DNA of 64,000 bases from Candidatus Marinacidobacterales bacterium (GTDB lineage Bacteria; Acidobacteriota; Vicinamibacteria; Marinacidobacterales; SMYC01): the NCBI GenBank assembly GCA_965237955.1, contig OZ250169.1, positions 6,624,001-6,688,000 of the forward strand, given 5' to 3'. Both the position numbers and the translations under genes were made by a program. This document shows positions 7,203 to 16,699 of the stretch, piece by piece (within the stretch, counting starts at the first letter, position 1; every line of letters begins with the position of its first letter). Below the pieces are notes generated by a model, which saw nothing but the letters and a program-made list of their open reading frames with translations, was not told the origin of the DNA and ran no database searches.

Positions 7203-9752
7203 ATGACGTTTACGCTGAACGGAAACTCGACAGACATAAAGGGTCGCCACCCCCATCTTTTGTCCGCTCTGCGCGACGAGCTCGGAGTGATTTCGCCCAA
7301 AGATGGTTGCGCGCCTTCGGGTCAGTGTGGCTGCTGCGTCGTTCTCATCGACGGGCGTGCGGTCACGAGCTGCACGCAGTCGGTGGACTCGATCGAAGGG
7401 AAAGACATCGTCACCCTCGAAGGCGTGGACGACGCCGAAGTCGATCGCTACGCGCGCGCGTTTGCATCCACGGGCGCTCTCCAGTGCGGATTCTGTACCC
7501 CAGGCATCGTCATGCGCACCAAAGCGCTGCTGGACTCCAAAGGAAAAGACTTGAAGCGCGACGAGGCGGCGCGTTTCCTAGGGACGCATCTTTGTCGCTG
7601 CACGGGTTACGTCAAAATTCTCGACGCCATCGAAGCACTCGCTCGAGGGGAAAACGTCGACGTCGAGCTCCCGCGAGGCGTGGGGACGTGCGGCATCAAG
7701 TACGAAGGCTGCGATCTCGCCGTCGGGCGACGGCCCTACATCGACGATATGCGAGAGCCCGGGATGCTCCATGCCGCGTTGAAGCTCACCGATCACGCGC
7801 GCGCCGAGATCATCGCCATCAATCCATCGCACGCGCTCGAAGAGCCCGGCGTCGAGGCGGTGTACACCGCGGCCGACGTGCCGGGCGAGCTCCGTATCGG
7901 TCTCATCCACAAAGACTGGCCGGTGTTTATTCCCGAAGGCAGCATCACGTCCTATCTCGGCGACGTGCTCGCGATCGTCGTCGCGCGCGACCGTGAGACC
8001 GCCCGCCGCGCGGCAGCACTCGTCGACGTCACCTACAAGGAGCTTCGCCCGTTAACCGACCCGGTGGCGGCGATCGATGACGAAGACAACGCCGTCTGGA
8101 CTCTGGACGGCAACGTGTTGTCGCGTTCGAGCTACCTTCGGGGTAACGTCGACGACGCGCTCGCGAGCTCGGCCCACAAGGTGCACGAGGTCTTCCAGAC
8201 GCAACGCGTCGAGCACGCGTACCTCGAGCCCGAATCTACGCTCGCGGTCTCTCAGCCCGGAGGAACCCTCCAAGTGTATTCGGGCGGCCAAGGCATCTGG
8301 GACGATCGCAATCAGATCGCGTCCGTGCTCGGTGTTCCTCAAAACGCGGTGCGCGTCGAGCTCGTCTCGAACGGTGGTGCTTTCGGCGGCAAGGAAGACA
8401 TGTCGAACCAAGCGCAAACCGCGCTTGCGGCCTATCTTCTGCAAAAGCCGGTGAAGTGTACCCTCAGTCGTGAAGAGTCGCTCCTCATGCACCCGAAACG
8501 ACACCCGATCCGGATGGAGTATTGGGCGGGCTGCGACGCGGACGGCAAACTCACCGCGATCAAAGCCCGCATGATCGGCGACTCCGACCCGTACGCGTCG
8601 GTCGGGATGAAAGTGCTGGAGCGAGCCGCGGGTCACGCGACCGGTCCGTACCAAGTTCCTTCCGTCGACATCGAGTCGATCGCGGTGCGCACCAACAATC
8701 CCGTATGTGGCGCCTTCCTCGGCTTCGGTGCGAACCAGGCGCACTTCGCCGTCGACGGCGTTTTGGATCGCCTCGCGGAGAAAGTCGGCATCAGCGGTTG
8801 GGAGCTGCGCTCGCGCAATATCATCGAGCCGGGAAAGCTCTGGGGACCGGGCCAAATCATGGATGACGGTTGCCTCGGGGCACGCGTCTGTCTGGACTCC
8901 GTGAAACGTGCTTACGACCAGGCGGTCGCGGACGGAAAAGCTGTCGGCGTCTCGTTGGGACTCAAGAACTCCGGTCTCGGAAACGGGTTCAAGGAGATCG
9001 CCAAAGCCGTCGTGCGCTTCGAGGACGACGGTATCGTCGAAATCCGCCACTGCTGGACCGAGATGGGGCAAGGCGTGCATACGGTCGCGCTTCAAGTAGC
9101 GGTGGAAGAGCTCGGCGTTTCACCGGAGAAGGTCCGCGTCATCGTCGACACGTCGCGCGAGCTCGGCGCCGGGCAAACGACAGGCTCGCGCGGAACGTTG
9201 ATGACTGCGGGCTCGGTGAAGGATGCGTGCCGCGTCGCGCTCGAAGACGGCAAGAGGACCGGCGTCGATTACCACGGCGAGTACCGCGTGGATTGGACCA
9301 ACTCGCTTTCCGACGGTGTGGACAATCCCATCATCCACTCGACGTTCGGCTATGCCGCGCAGCTCGTCATCGCGGATCGCGAGAGCGGCAAGATCGAGCG
9401 CGTGGTCGCCGTACACGACGTTGGCCGCGCCGTGAATCCGATCCTCTGTGAAGGCCAAATCGAAGGCTCAGTACACATGGGGCTCGGCTTCGCGCTCAGC
9501 GAAGACTTCCCCGCCGACGAGAACGGGCGTCCGACCAACATGACCATCAAGAGCCTCGGTATCCTGCGGGCGGGAGACATGCCGGAGGTCGACGTGAAGC
9601 TCGTCGAAAGCCCGCAGCCGAACTCGCCTTACGGCATCAAAGGCGTCGGCGAAATCGGCCTGGTGCCGACCGCGGGCGCGGTGGCTGCGGCACTTCACGA
9701 CGCCGACGGGAAGTGGCGCACGACGCTTCCCATGGCACAGCGCGGCAAGTGA
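7203..9752 (+). CDS. Xanthine dehydrogenase-family Mo hydroxylase with fused 2x[2Fe-2S] domain (selenium-dependent xanthine dehydrogenase-like architecture)
   Basis: KDGCAPSGQCGCC, QCGFCTPG, LCRCTGY, GGAFGGKED, EMGQG, TTGSR, KGVGE; no FAD domain. Confidence 0.9.
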   Translation: MTFTLNGNSTDIKGRHPHLLSALRDELGVISPKDGCAPSGQCGCCVVLIDGRAVTSCTQSVDSIEGKDIVTLEGVDDAEVDRYARAFASTGALQCGFCTPGIVMRTKALLDSKGKDLKRDEAARFLGTHLCRCTGYVKILDAIEALARGENVDVELPRGVGTCGIKYEGCDLAVGRRPYIDDMREPGMLHAALKLTDHARAEIIAINPSHALEEPGVEAVYTAADVPGELRIGLIHKDWPVFIPEGSITSYLGDVLAIVVARDRETARRAAALVDVTYKELRPLTDPVAAIDDEDNAVWTLDGNVLSRSSYLRGNVDDALASSAHKVHEVFQTQRVEHAYLEPESTLAVSQPGGTLQVYSGGQGIWDDRNQIASVLGVPQNAVRVELVSNGGAFGGKEDMSNQAQTALAAYLLQKPVKCTLSREESLLMHPKRHPIRMEYWAGCDADGKLTAIKARMIGDSDPYASVGMKVLERAAGHATGPYQVPSVDIESIAVRTNNPVCGAFLGFGANQAHFAVDGVLDRLAEKVGISGWELRSRNIIEPGKLWGPGQIMDDGCLGARVCLDSVKRAYDQAVADGKAVGVSLGLKNSGLGNGFKEIAKAVVRFEDDGIVEIRHCWTEMGQGVHTVALQVAVEELGVSPEKVRVIVDTSRELGAGQTTGSRGTLMTAGSVKDACRVALEDGKRTGVDYHGEYRVDWTNSLSDGVDNPIIHSTFGYAAQLVIADRESGKIERVVAVHDVGRAVNPILCEGQIEGSVHMGLGFALSEDFPADENGRPTNMTIKSLGILRAGDMPEVDVKLVESPQPNSPYGIKGVGEIGLVPTAGAVAAALHDADGKWRTTLPMAQRGK

Positions 9753-10762
9753 ATACCACTCCGGGACTCGTCTGCGCCCACCATCATCTTTATTCCGCCC
9801 TCGCGCGCGGGATGCCGCCGCCACCCCGAACCCCGACGACGTTTCAGGAGATCCTCGAGCTCATCTGGTGGCGTCTCGATAAGGCGCTCGATCTCGAGAT
9901 GATCGAGTGGTCGGCCAAGCTCGGCGCGCTCGAAGCGCTCGAGCGCGGGACGACCGCCATCATCGAGCACCACGCGTCACCGAGCGCCATCGAAGGATCC
10001 CTGTCTGTCATTGCAGATGCGTGCGCTGAGGTCGGCGTTCGCCTCTCGACCTGTTACGAAGTCACTGACCGAAACGGTCGCGACGAAGCCAAAGCGGGTC
10101 TTGCCGAGAACGAGCGCTACCTCAAGGCCGGAGGACGCGGCTATGTGGGCGCCCATGCGTGCTTCACGCTCTCGGACGAAACACTCGACGCCGTGTGTGC
10201 GCTCGCGGAGGAGCTCGACGTCGGCGTCCACATCCACGTGGCCGAAGGACCCGAAGACATCGACGCAGGCAAGCGACTCGAAGAACGTGCGCGCGACAAC
10301 TGGATCCTCGTCCATGCCGTCCACCTCGATCGCGAGCTTCCCGGAACGATCGCACACAATCCCCTGTCCAACATGAACAACGCCGTCGGCTACGCCGCGC
10401 CAGCCAAGCGTCCGAACCCAATCGTTCTCGGCACCGACGGCATCGGCGGCGACATGATCGAAGCGTTCCGCATGGCGTACCTGCGCGCCCGCGAGACCGA
10501 CGTTACCTTTTCGCCCGAGACCGCGTGGAGCTGGCTCGAAGCCAACTGGGAGCTCTTTCCCGAGGCCAAAGACGATCGCGTCACCTGGTCGTACGACCCC
10601 ATGGAACCGTGGCATCTAGCGTTCACCCCTGGAGTCCGGCCACTCGAAATCGTCGTCGACGGAGAGAAGGTCGTGGCGGACGGCAAGCCGACGCGCGTCG
10701 ATCCCATCGAAGTTAGAGCCAAAGCGCGGGAGCAAGCCGAGCGCCTGTTCGAGAAACTCTGA
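9749..10762 (+). CDS. SsnA-like metal-dependent amidohydrolase
   Basis: PGLVCAHHHLYSALARG, WWRLDKAL, HHASP, GAHACFT, HIHVAE, HNPLSNMNNAVG, LGTDG; GTGA overlap with xdh. Confidence 0.88.
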   Translation: MNTTPGLVCAHHHLYSALARGMPPPPRTPTTFQEILELIWWRLDKALDLEMIEWSAKLGALEALERGTTAIIEHHASPSAIEGSLSVIADACAEVGVRLSTCYEVTDRNGRDEAKAGLAENERYLKAGGRGYVGAHACFTLSDETLDAVCALAEELDVGVHIHVAEGPEDIDAGKRLEERARDNWILVHAVHLDRELPGTIAHNPLSNMNNAVGYAAPAKRPNPIVLGTDGIGGDMIEAFRMAYLRARETDVTFSPETAWSWLEANWELFPEAKDDRVTWSYDPMEPWHLAFTPGVRPLEIVVDGEKVVADGKPTRVDPIEVRAKAREQAERLFEKL

Positions 10763-11845
10763 TGACGACAATCATTCGCAACGAGTCGACGGTTGCGCTG
10801 CCGGACGGATTCAAAACGTCGCCGAAGCCCCTCGAGCTCCATGAAAAACTCCCGCACTACGCTCCGACCCCACTCATCGATGCACCGCCGATTGCGGAGA
10901 GGCTCAGTCTCTCTCGAGTACTCGTCAAAGACGAATCGCAACGCTTCGGCATGCCCTCGTTCAAGCTTCTCGGCGCGTCGTGGGCGACGTTCCGCGCGCT
11001 CGTCGACTACATCGGACGCGATCCCGCACCCTGGGTCGATATCGACGGGTTGCGCGAACAGGTCGCGCCACTGCGGCCGTTCGCACTCGCGGCAGCCACC
11101 GACGGAAACCACGGCCGCGCGGTTGCGCGCATGGCGAAGCTTCTAGACTTCGAGGCGAAGATCTTCGTTCCCGCGGGAACAACCCAAGCCCGCATCGATA
11201 GGATCGAGAGCGAAGGCGCGAGTTGCACCGTCGTCGACGGCGACTATGATGACACCGTGGCCCGCTCCGCCGAAGAAGCCAGCCATCGCTGTCTCGTCAT
11301 CGACGACACCTCGTGGCCCGGCTACGAAGACATCCCCCGCTGGGTCGCCGAAGGCTACGCGACCATCTTTTATGAGATCGACGAAACCCCCGACGTCGTC
11401 TTCGTTCCTCTCGGTGTCGGCGCACTTGGCGCCGCCGCCACGGACTTCTACAAACGCGCCGACGATACGACCATCGTCGGCGTCGAGCCCAAGACGTGCG
11501 CGTCGGTCCTCGCATCAATCCAAAAAGGCGAGCTCGTGACCGTGCCCGGACCTCACCCATCAATGATGGCCGGCCTCAACTGCGGCACACCGTCCGCGGT
11601 CGCGTTCCCGACGCTAAAAGCGGGCCTCGACTGGTGCGTCTCCGTGGAAGACAGCTACGCCGAACAAGCCATGCGCACCCTAGCGGTGTGCGGCATCATC
11701 TCGGGCGAAACCGGCGCGGCCGCGCTCGCGGGCCTCGTCGAACCCGCTAGAGCTGGGCAAAGAATCGACTGTCCTAGTGATTTCTACCGAAGGCGCCACC
11801 GACCCGGCCGCGTACGAACGAATCGTAGGCCGTAAGCCGACTTGA
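10762..11845 (+). pseudogene. Diaminopropionate ammonia-lyase-like PLP enzyme, frameshifted near its 3' end
   Basis: VKDESQRFGMPSFK, ATDGNHGRAVA, MAGLNCG; the family-like tail ELGKESTVLVISTEGATDPAAYERIVG* is in another frame after ~11745. Confidence 0.8.
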
Positions 11846-11864
11846 AGCTCAACCTCTCGCCCGT

Positions 11865-11891
11865 CCCGCCTTCGCTACTAGCTTCGGCGGG
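11865..11891. repeat. Intergenic palindrome (REP-like or terminator)
   Basis: CCCGCC-TTCGCTACTAGCTTC-GGCGGG just after the operon end. Confidence 0.45.
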
Positions 11892-12026
11892 TTAGCTCAG
11901 AAGCGACCGCGACCGCGAGGTCGTCGAAGCGCTCTTTCGTGTCGAAAGCTACGCGTCCGAGTTCGAAGACCTCGAGCGACTCGTTCCCACGGACGACAGA
12001 CGCCAGGCGAAGGAGGTCGCCGATAG

Positions 12027-12575
12027 CTAGAGGTTTTGCTCTTTCAGGCGACCCTGGATGTACTTGTGAAGTATGCTTGTGATGAGCGTCTGATACGGGA
12101 TGCCTTCAGTCAACGCGCGTTTTTGCAGGGCTTCGAGATCTTTGCTGGTTATCCGGATGTTTACGCGACGGTCTTTCCTGAACGTCGCTCGCGCATAGTC
12201 TTGATATCGCTTCAGCGCGCCTTCTTTGTCGCGGACGCTCTCCCACTCGCCGGCATCAAAGGATTCGACGAGCTCTTTCTCCTCTTTGTCGAGCTTGGGC
12301 ATCCATCGGCCTCCCAGGTATCGTTTCGTCGCCTTGCGACTCGGGATGATGGTCTTCAAAAACAATTCTTCTTCTGATTCCACGAACGGCACGAGATAGG
12401 CGTAGTCGTCCACGGCGACGACGAACAAGCGCTGTTCGGGGTAGCGCTCGTCGTTTGGGTGTTCCAGCACATCGAGGACGTCACCACGCTCGATGTGAAA
12501 CACGACTTCCTCGAAAGAGATTCCGCGCTCCCGTACGAGCTGCTCGTTCTTCTCGTGGTTCCAAGAGAAGTACAC
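12027..12575 (-). CDS. BrnT-family toxin fused in frame to its CopG/BrnA-like antitoxin
   Basis: N half: FSWNHEKN...RGISFEEV...HPNDERYPEQ...LKTIIPSRKAT. C half: LDKEEKEL...RVNIRI...GIPYQTLITSILHKY. Internal GGAGG SD + ATG at 12302. Confidence 0.85.
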   Translation of the reverse strand: MYFSWNHEKNEQLVRERGISFEEVVFHIERGDVLDVLEHPNDERYPEQRLFVVAVDDYAYLVPFVESEEELFLKTIIPSRKATKRYLGGRWMPKLDKEEKELVESFDAGEWESVRDKEGALKRYQDYARATFRKDRRVNIRITSKDLEALQKRALTEGIPYQTLITSILHKYIQGRLKEQNL

Positions 12576-12749
12576 CTAGAAACTAATTGTATCATAATGT
12601 GTGCCTATTGCACTCAGACTTACTACACTCAACGTACTCTGATAGGTCAATCGCAATCGTTGTGCGCTTCATAGCTTCATAATTCCATACTTTCTGCTTT
12701 CGCGGCACACTGGCTGCAAACTAGGCGATATGGGCGTAGAATACGGCCC

Positions 12750-14003
12750 ATGACTACGACAGCCCGAGCGGTTGCATTCCTCCTATCGTGCGGCACGTTT
12801 GCGAGCGTGGCCGTCGCGCAGACCTACGACATCGTCATACAGCACGGGCACGTGATCGACCCCCGAAACGGTATCGATGCGGTGATGGACGTGGCGATTG
12901 GCGACGGCGTCATCGCGGCGGTCCAGACCGAAATCGCGGCGTCGCGGGGTGAAACCGTTATCGACGCCTCGGGGCTCTACGTGACTCCGGGCCTCGTCGA
13001 TCTCCACACGCATGCGTTCTTCGGAACCGAGCCCAACGCCGCGTACAGCAACGGGTACAACGCGCTGCCTCCGGATGGGTTCACGTTCCGCGCCGGGATA
13101 ACGACCGTCATCGATCTCGGTGACGCCGGGTGGCGGAATTTCGTTCAGTTCAAAGAGCAGGTCATCGACCGGTCTCGAACGCGCGTGCTGGCGTTTCTCA
13201 ACATCGTGGGCTCGGGGATGAAAGGCGGTCCCATCGAACAGAACCTCGTGGACATGGATCCGAAGCTCACCGCTATGCGTGCCGCGGAGTTTCCCGAGGT
13301 CGTCGTCGGCATCAAAGTCGCGCACTACCAGGGCGGGGACTGGGATCCGGTCGATCGGGCTGTCGAGGCAGGCAAAATCGCCGGCGTCCCGGTCGCCGTG
13401 GACTTCGGGGGACACATGCCGCCCCTTTCCCTCGAAGAGCTGTTCATGACGCATCTACGTCCCGGCGATATCTTGACGCACGCGTACGCGAATGTCCGCG
13501 GCCGCATTGCGATTGTCGACAACACCGGCACGCTTCGTCCGTTCGTGCCGCTGGCGAGGGAGCGCGGGATCGTTTTCGATGTCGGCCACGGCGCTGGAAG
13601 CTTTCGATTCAATCAAGCGGTGCCGGCGATGCAGCAAGGCTTTCCGCCCGACACGATCAGCACCGACTTGCATCGAGCGAGCATGAACGCGGGGATGAAG
13701 GACATGCTGAACGTGATGTCCAAGTTTCTGAACCTGGAGATGCCGCTTCCCGATGTGATCGAGGCGTCGACATGGCGTCCCGCTCGAACCATCAAGAGAG
13801 ACGACATCGGACACCTGAGCGTAGGCGCCGAAGCAGACCTCACGGTTCTCCGGTTGCGCGAAGGCGACTTCGGCTTCGTCGACGTCGCCGGCGGGAAGCT
13901 CGCCGGGAGCCAGAAGCTCGAATGCGAGCTCACCGTGCGCGCCGGTGAGGTGGTTTGGGATCTGAACGGATTATCGCGACCGGCGTGGGACGCGAGTCCT
14001 TGA
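12750..14003 (+). CDS. Exported amidohydrolase/deacetylase (dihydroorotase-like family)
   Basis: Signal peptide ending AVA-Q; PGLVDLHTH, GIKVAH, FDVGHGAGSF, TISTDLH. Confidence 0.85.
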   Translation: MTTTARAVAFLLSCGTFASVAVAQTYDIVIQHGHVIDPRNGIDAVMDVAIGDGVIAAVQTEIAASRGETVIDASGLYVTPGLVDLHTHAFFGTEPNAAYSNGYNALPPDGFTFRAGITTVIDLGDAGWRNFVQFKEQVIDRSRTRVLAFLNIVGSGMKGGPIEQNLVDMDPKLTAMRAAEFPEVVVGIKVAHYQGGDWDPVDRAVEAGKIAGVPVAVDFGGHMPPLSLEELFMTHLRPGDILTHAYANVRGRIAIVDNTGTLRPFVPLARERGIVFDVGHGAGSFRFNQAVPAMQQGFPPDTISTDLHRASMNAGMKDMLNVMSKFLNLEMPLPDVIEASTWRPARTIKRDDIGHLSVGAEADLTVLRLREGDFGFVDVAGGKLAGSQKLECELTVRAGEVVWDLNGLSRPAWDASP

Positions 14004-14005
14004 TT

Positions 14006-14148
14006 CTAGCGACGCCGCAACGTTCTCAATAGGCGAATCAAATCTCGAAATCCTCCGATCGTAATCCAAACCAGAAACGTGGAACCTAAAGCGAACATCA
14101 CATAGATAGCGCGGCCAGGATGACCCAGTCGATGGTGTGAAGGTTCAC
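14006..14148 (-). pseudogene. Collapsed sodium:solute symporter gene (N- and C-termini only)
   Basis: MNLHTIDWVILAA joined out of frame to AIYVMFALGSTFLVWITIGGFRDLIRLLRTLRRR*, resembling the two ends of SSS transporters. Confidence 0.55.
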
Positions 14149-14203
14149 GCTCTACCTTTTCTCTTGACGCTCGCGCCCGGGTTCGTTTAACTGCCTGCTA
14201 CAA

Positions 14204-14550
14204 ATGTCTATCATCGACAGCCATTGTCCCATCGGAGCCGGCATCCGCTGGGCTACACCGACTTCTGGTACGATGCCGTCCCGGCCGCGCCGCAATCGGA
14301 GAACATCTATCTCGAGACCTCGCTCATCGACATCATGAATATTCAAAACGCGATCGAGAAAGTTGGCGCGGAGCGGATCCTCTTCGGCTCCGACTGCCCG
14401 GAAAGCGATCTCTCGCTCGAGCTCGAGAAGATCGCCATGGTCGACATGAACGACGAGGCGAGGCGCCGCACCGCCAATCACTTGAAGCTTCCGGTGCTGT
14501 TCCATGACGGGACGTTGCACGAGATCGTTTCGGAGATCGATTCACGATGA
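14204..14550 (+). pseudogene. Collapsed amidohydrolase_2-family gene
   Basis: MSIIDSHC(P)IGAGIR start, then in another frame LGYTDFWYDA...NIYLETS...GAERILFGSDCP; most of the barrel is missing. Confidence 0.65.
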
Positions 14551-15917
14551 AGCTAGGACCCACTCTCTCGGAAATGCGCGAGCCGTGGACCATCGATCCC
14601 TCGACGCGCAAGCAGGCTCTCGACGCCAAAGCGTCGGACCCGCTCGACGCCGTCAACCTCTACAACATCACCTGGTACGACGCGGACGACGAGATCCAGC
14701 ACTTCGTGATCCCGCCCGCGGTGACCGGCGTCGAGGCACCCATCGTCGTCATCTACAGCCGCGATTTTCCGACGGGAAGCCACAAAGTCGGCGCCGCGTA
14801 CTCCGTTCTCGCGGAGCTCATCGTCTCCGGTGAAGTCGATCCCGAAAAGCACCGTCTCGTGTGGCCGAGCACCGGCAACTACGGAGTTGGGGGCGCCTGG
14901 GTCGGTGGCCGCGTTGGCTGCAAGAGCATCGTGGTGCTTCCGGAAGGCATGAGCCGCGAGCGTTTCGAGCTCATCGAGAGCTTCGGCGCCGAAATCATCA
15001 AGACGCCGGGAAGCGAGTCGAACGTCAAGGAGATCTACGACAAGACGTGGGAGCTTCGACAGGACCCCGAGATACGCATCCTGAATCAATTCGAGGTCAT
15101 GGGGAACTACCGCTTTCACTACGAGGTGACGGGTAACTCAGTGGTCGAGCTCGCCCAGCGGCTCGGAGCCATTGGGGTCGGGAGCGGCTCGGCGGCCGCG
15201 TTCGTCTCGTCGATGGGAAGCGCCGGTACGATCGCGGCCGGCGATCGTCTGAAACAGGTTTGGCCCGATCACAAAATCGTGGGGCTCGAGCCTATCCAAT
15301 GTCCTACGCTCTACAACAACGGCTACGGCGCTCACGAGATCCAGGGCATCGGCGACAAGCATGTGACTTGGATCCATCACGTCAACAACATGGATGCGAT
15401 GATGTGCATCGACGATCTGTCCTCGGTGCGCGGGCTGCAGCTCTTTACCGACGACACCGGGCGACGGGTGCTCGAGGAGCGGTTCGCGGTGTCATCGAGC
15501 GACGTCGCCATGCTGGCGTCGATCTTCGGGATCAGCGGTGTATGCAATTTGCTCGGTGCAATCAAAACCGCGAAATACTACGGCTTCGGCAAGGACGATC
15601 TCGTGGTGACGGTTTGCACCGATGATATCGGCCGTTACGGAAGCGTCATGGAGTGGCTGACAAAGCAAGAAGGCCCGATGGACGAAGCCGTGGCGACGGC
15701 TCGCATGACCGGCATCTTCCACGGTGCGGGACTTGATTGGATACAAGAAGGAACGGTCCATAACCGGAATACGTGGCACAACCTCAAGTACTACACCTGG
15801 GTCGAACAGCAAGGAAAGAGCGTCGACGAGCTCGATGCCCAGCGCGAGCCTGGCTGGTGGCAAGCACACCAGAGCCGCATCCCGGACGTCAACGAAAAGA
15901 TTCGTGCTTCCCGCTGA
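14547..15917 (+). CDS. PLP-dependent fold-type II enzyme (cysteine synthase/beta-family)
   Basis: FPTGSHKVGAAY, WPSTGNYG, GMSRERF, GSAGT, HEIQGIGDKH. Confidence 0.88.
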   Translation: MKLGPTLSEMREPWTIDPSTRKQALDAKASDPLDAVNLYNITWYDADDEIQHFVIPPAVTGVEAPIVVIYSRDFPTGSHKVGAAYSVLAELIVSGEVDPEKHRLVWPSTGNYGVGGAWVGGRVGCKSIVVLPEGMSRERFELIESFGAEIIKTPGSESNVKEIYDKTWELRQDPEIRILNQFEVMGNYRFHYEVTGNSVVELAQRLGAIGVGSGSAAAFVSSMGSAGTIAAGDRLKQVWPDHKIVGLEPIQCPTLYNNGYGAHEIQGIGDKHVTWIHHVNNMDAMMCIDDLSSVRGLQLFTDDTGRRVLEERFAVSSSDVAMLASIFGISGVCNLLGAIKTAKYYGFGKDDLVVTVCTDDIGRYGSVMEWLTKQEGPMDEAVATARMTGIFHGAGLDWIQEGTVHNRNTWHNLKYYTWVEQQGKSVDELDAQREPGWWQAHQSRIPDVNEKIRASR

Positions 15918-15949
15918 AATGAGCCGCTTTTACGGTACTATGGACGCTC

Positions 15950-16360
15950 ATGAAAACAATTCGGCTCTTGTTCCTCGCATCCTGTCTGTGCATCGCGACC
16001 TTTGGTTGCCAAGCCGTTTCTGGTGTTTCGAACCTCTTCAATGACGGGGACCCCGATCTGATCCCGCTCCCCGTGGCCGGGTTTTGCCGCGACGGTAGCG
16101 TCTCAGTGACGCTACGCAATCAAGGGCCCTCCGACGCGGATTCCTCGACGACCACGGTAACGTTCGCGGGCGGCGGATCGGTGCAGTTACCGACGCCGGC
16201 GATTGAAGGCGGCCGTATCGAGTCGCTTCCGCCGCTCACGATCCCAGCGAAGTGTTTCGCGCCGAGCTGCTTTTTCCAGGTGATCGTCGATTCGAACAAC
16301 GACATCGAAGAGAGCGATGAGTCGAACAATAGCGTCGATGAAACCTGTTCAGCCCCCTGA
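15950..16360 (+). CDS. CARDB-domain lipoprotein
   Basis: Lipobox-like TFGC; PDLIP...VTLRNQG...VDSNNDIEESDESNN. Confidence 0.75.
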   Translation: MKTIRLLFLASCLCIATFGCQAVSGVSNLFNDGDPDLIPLPVAGFCRDGSVSVTLRNQGPSDADSSTTTVTFAGGGSVQLPTPAIEGGRIESLPPLTIPAKCFAPSCFFQVIVDSNNDIEESDESNNSVDETCSAP

Positions 16361-16699
16361 CGGCGCTTCGTCCCGGTTCCAGATCAAACTTTTTCTCAGC
16401 TCACGCGCCATCCCGAAAGCGATGCGTATGACGGACGTCTTGACCAGGTCATAGAAAAGGTTGCCGCGGTAGCCGAAGTGACTCGTAATGATGTGGGAAT
16501 GCACGGCCCGCTCGAGCATCGTCAAGCCGTTCGGTAACGAGTGCTGCCAGTACCGGCGTCATCGCTCGTCCGCGACGTTCGCGATCGTCGGAAACACCGC
16601 CGGGCCGGATTTCGTGTTTCACCCGCATCCTCGCGATCGAGATTCCGGGCAAAACCGTCGGATTCGCTGGCACCATTGCCGGCAATTGTCCTTAGCGCC

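Noticed and set aside
14164-14192. TTGACG-17-TTAACT promoter
   Set aside because: The -10 lacks the conserved A at position 2; too weak to call.
16361-16699. Small ORFs downstream of the ATP-grasp gene as RiPP precursor
   Set aside because: No recognisable leader/core pattern or RBS; more likely an unidentifiable remnant.
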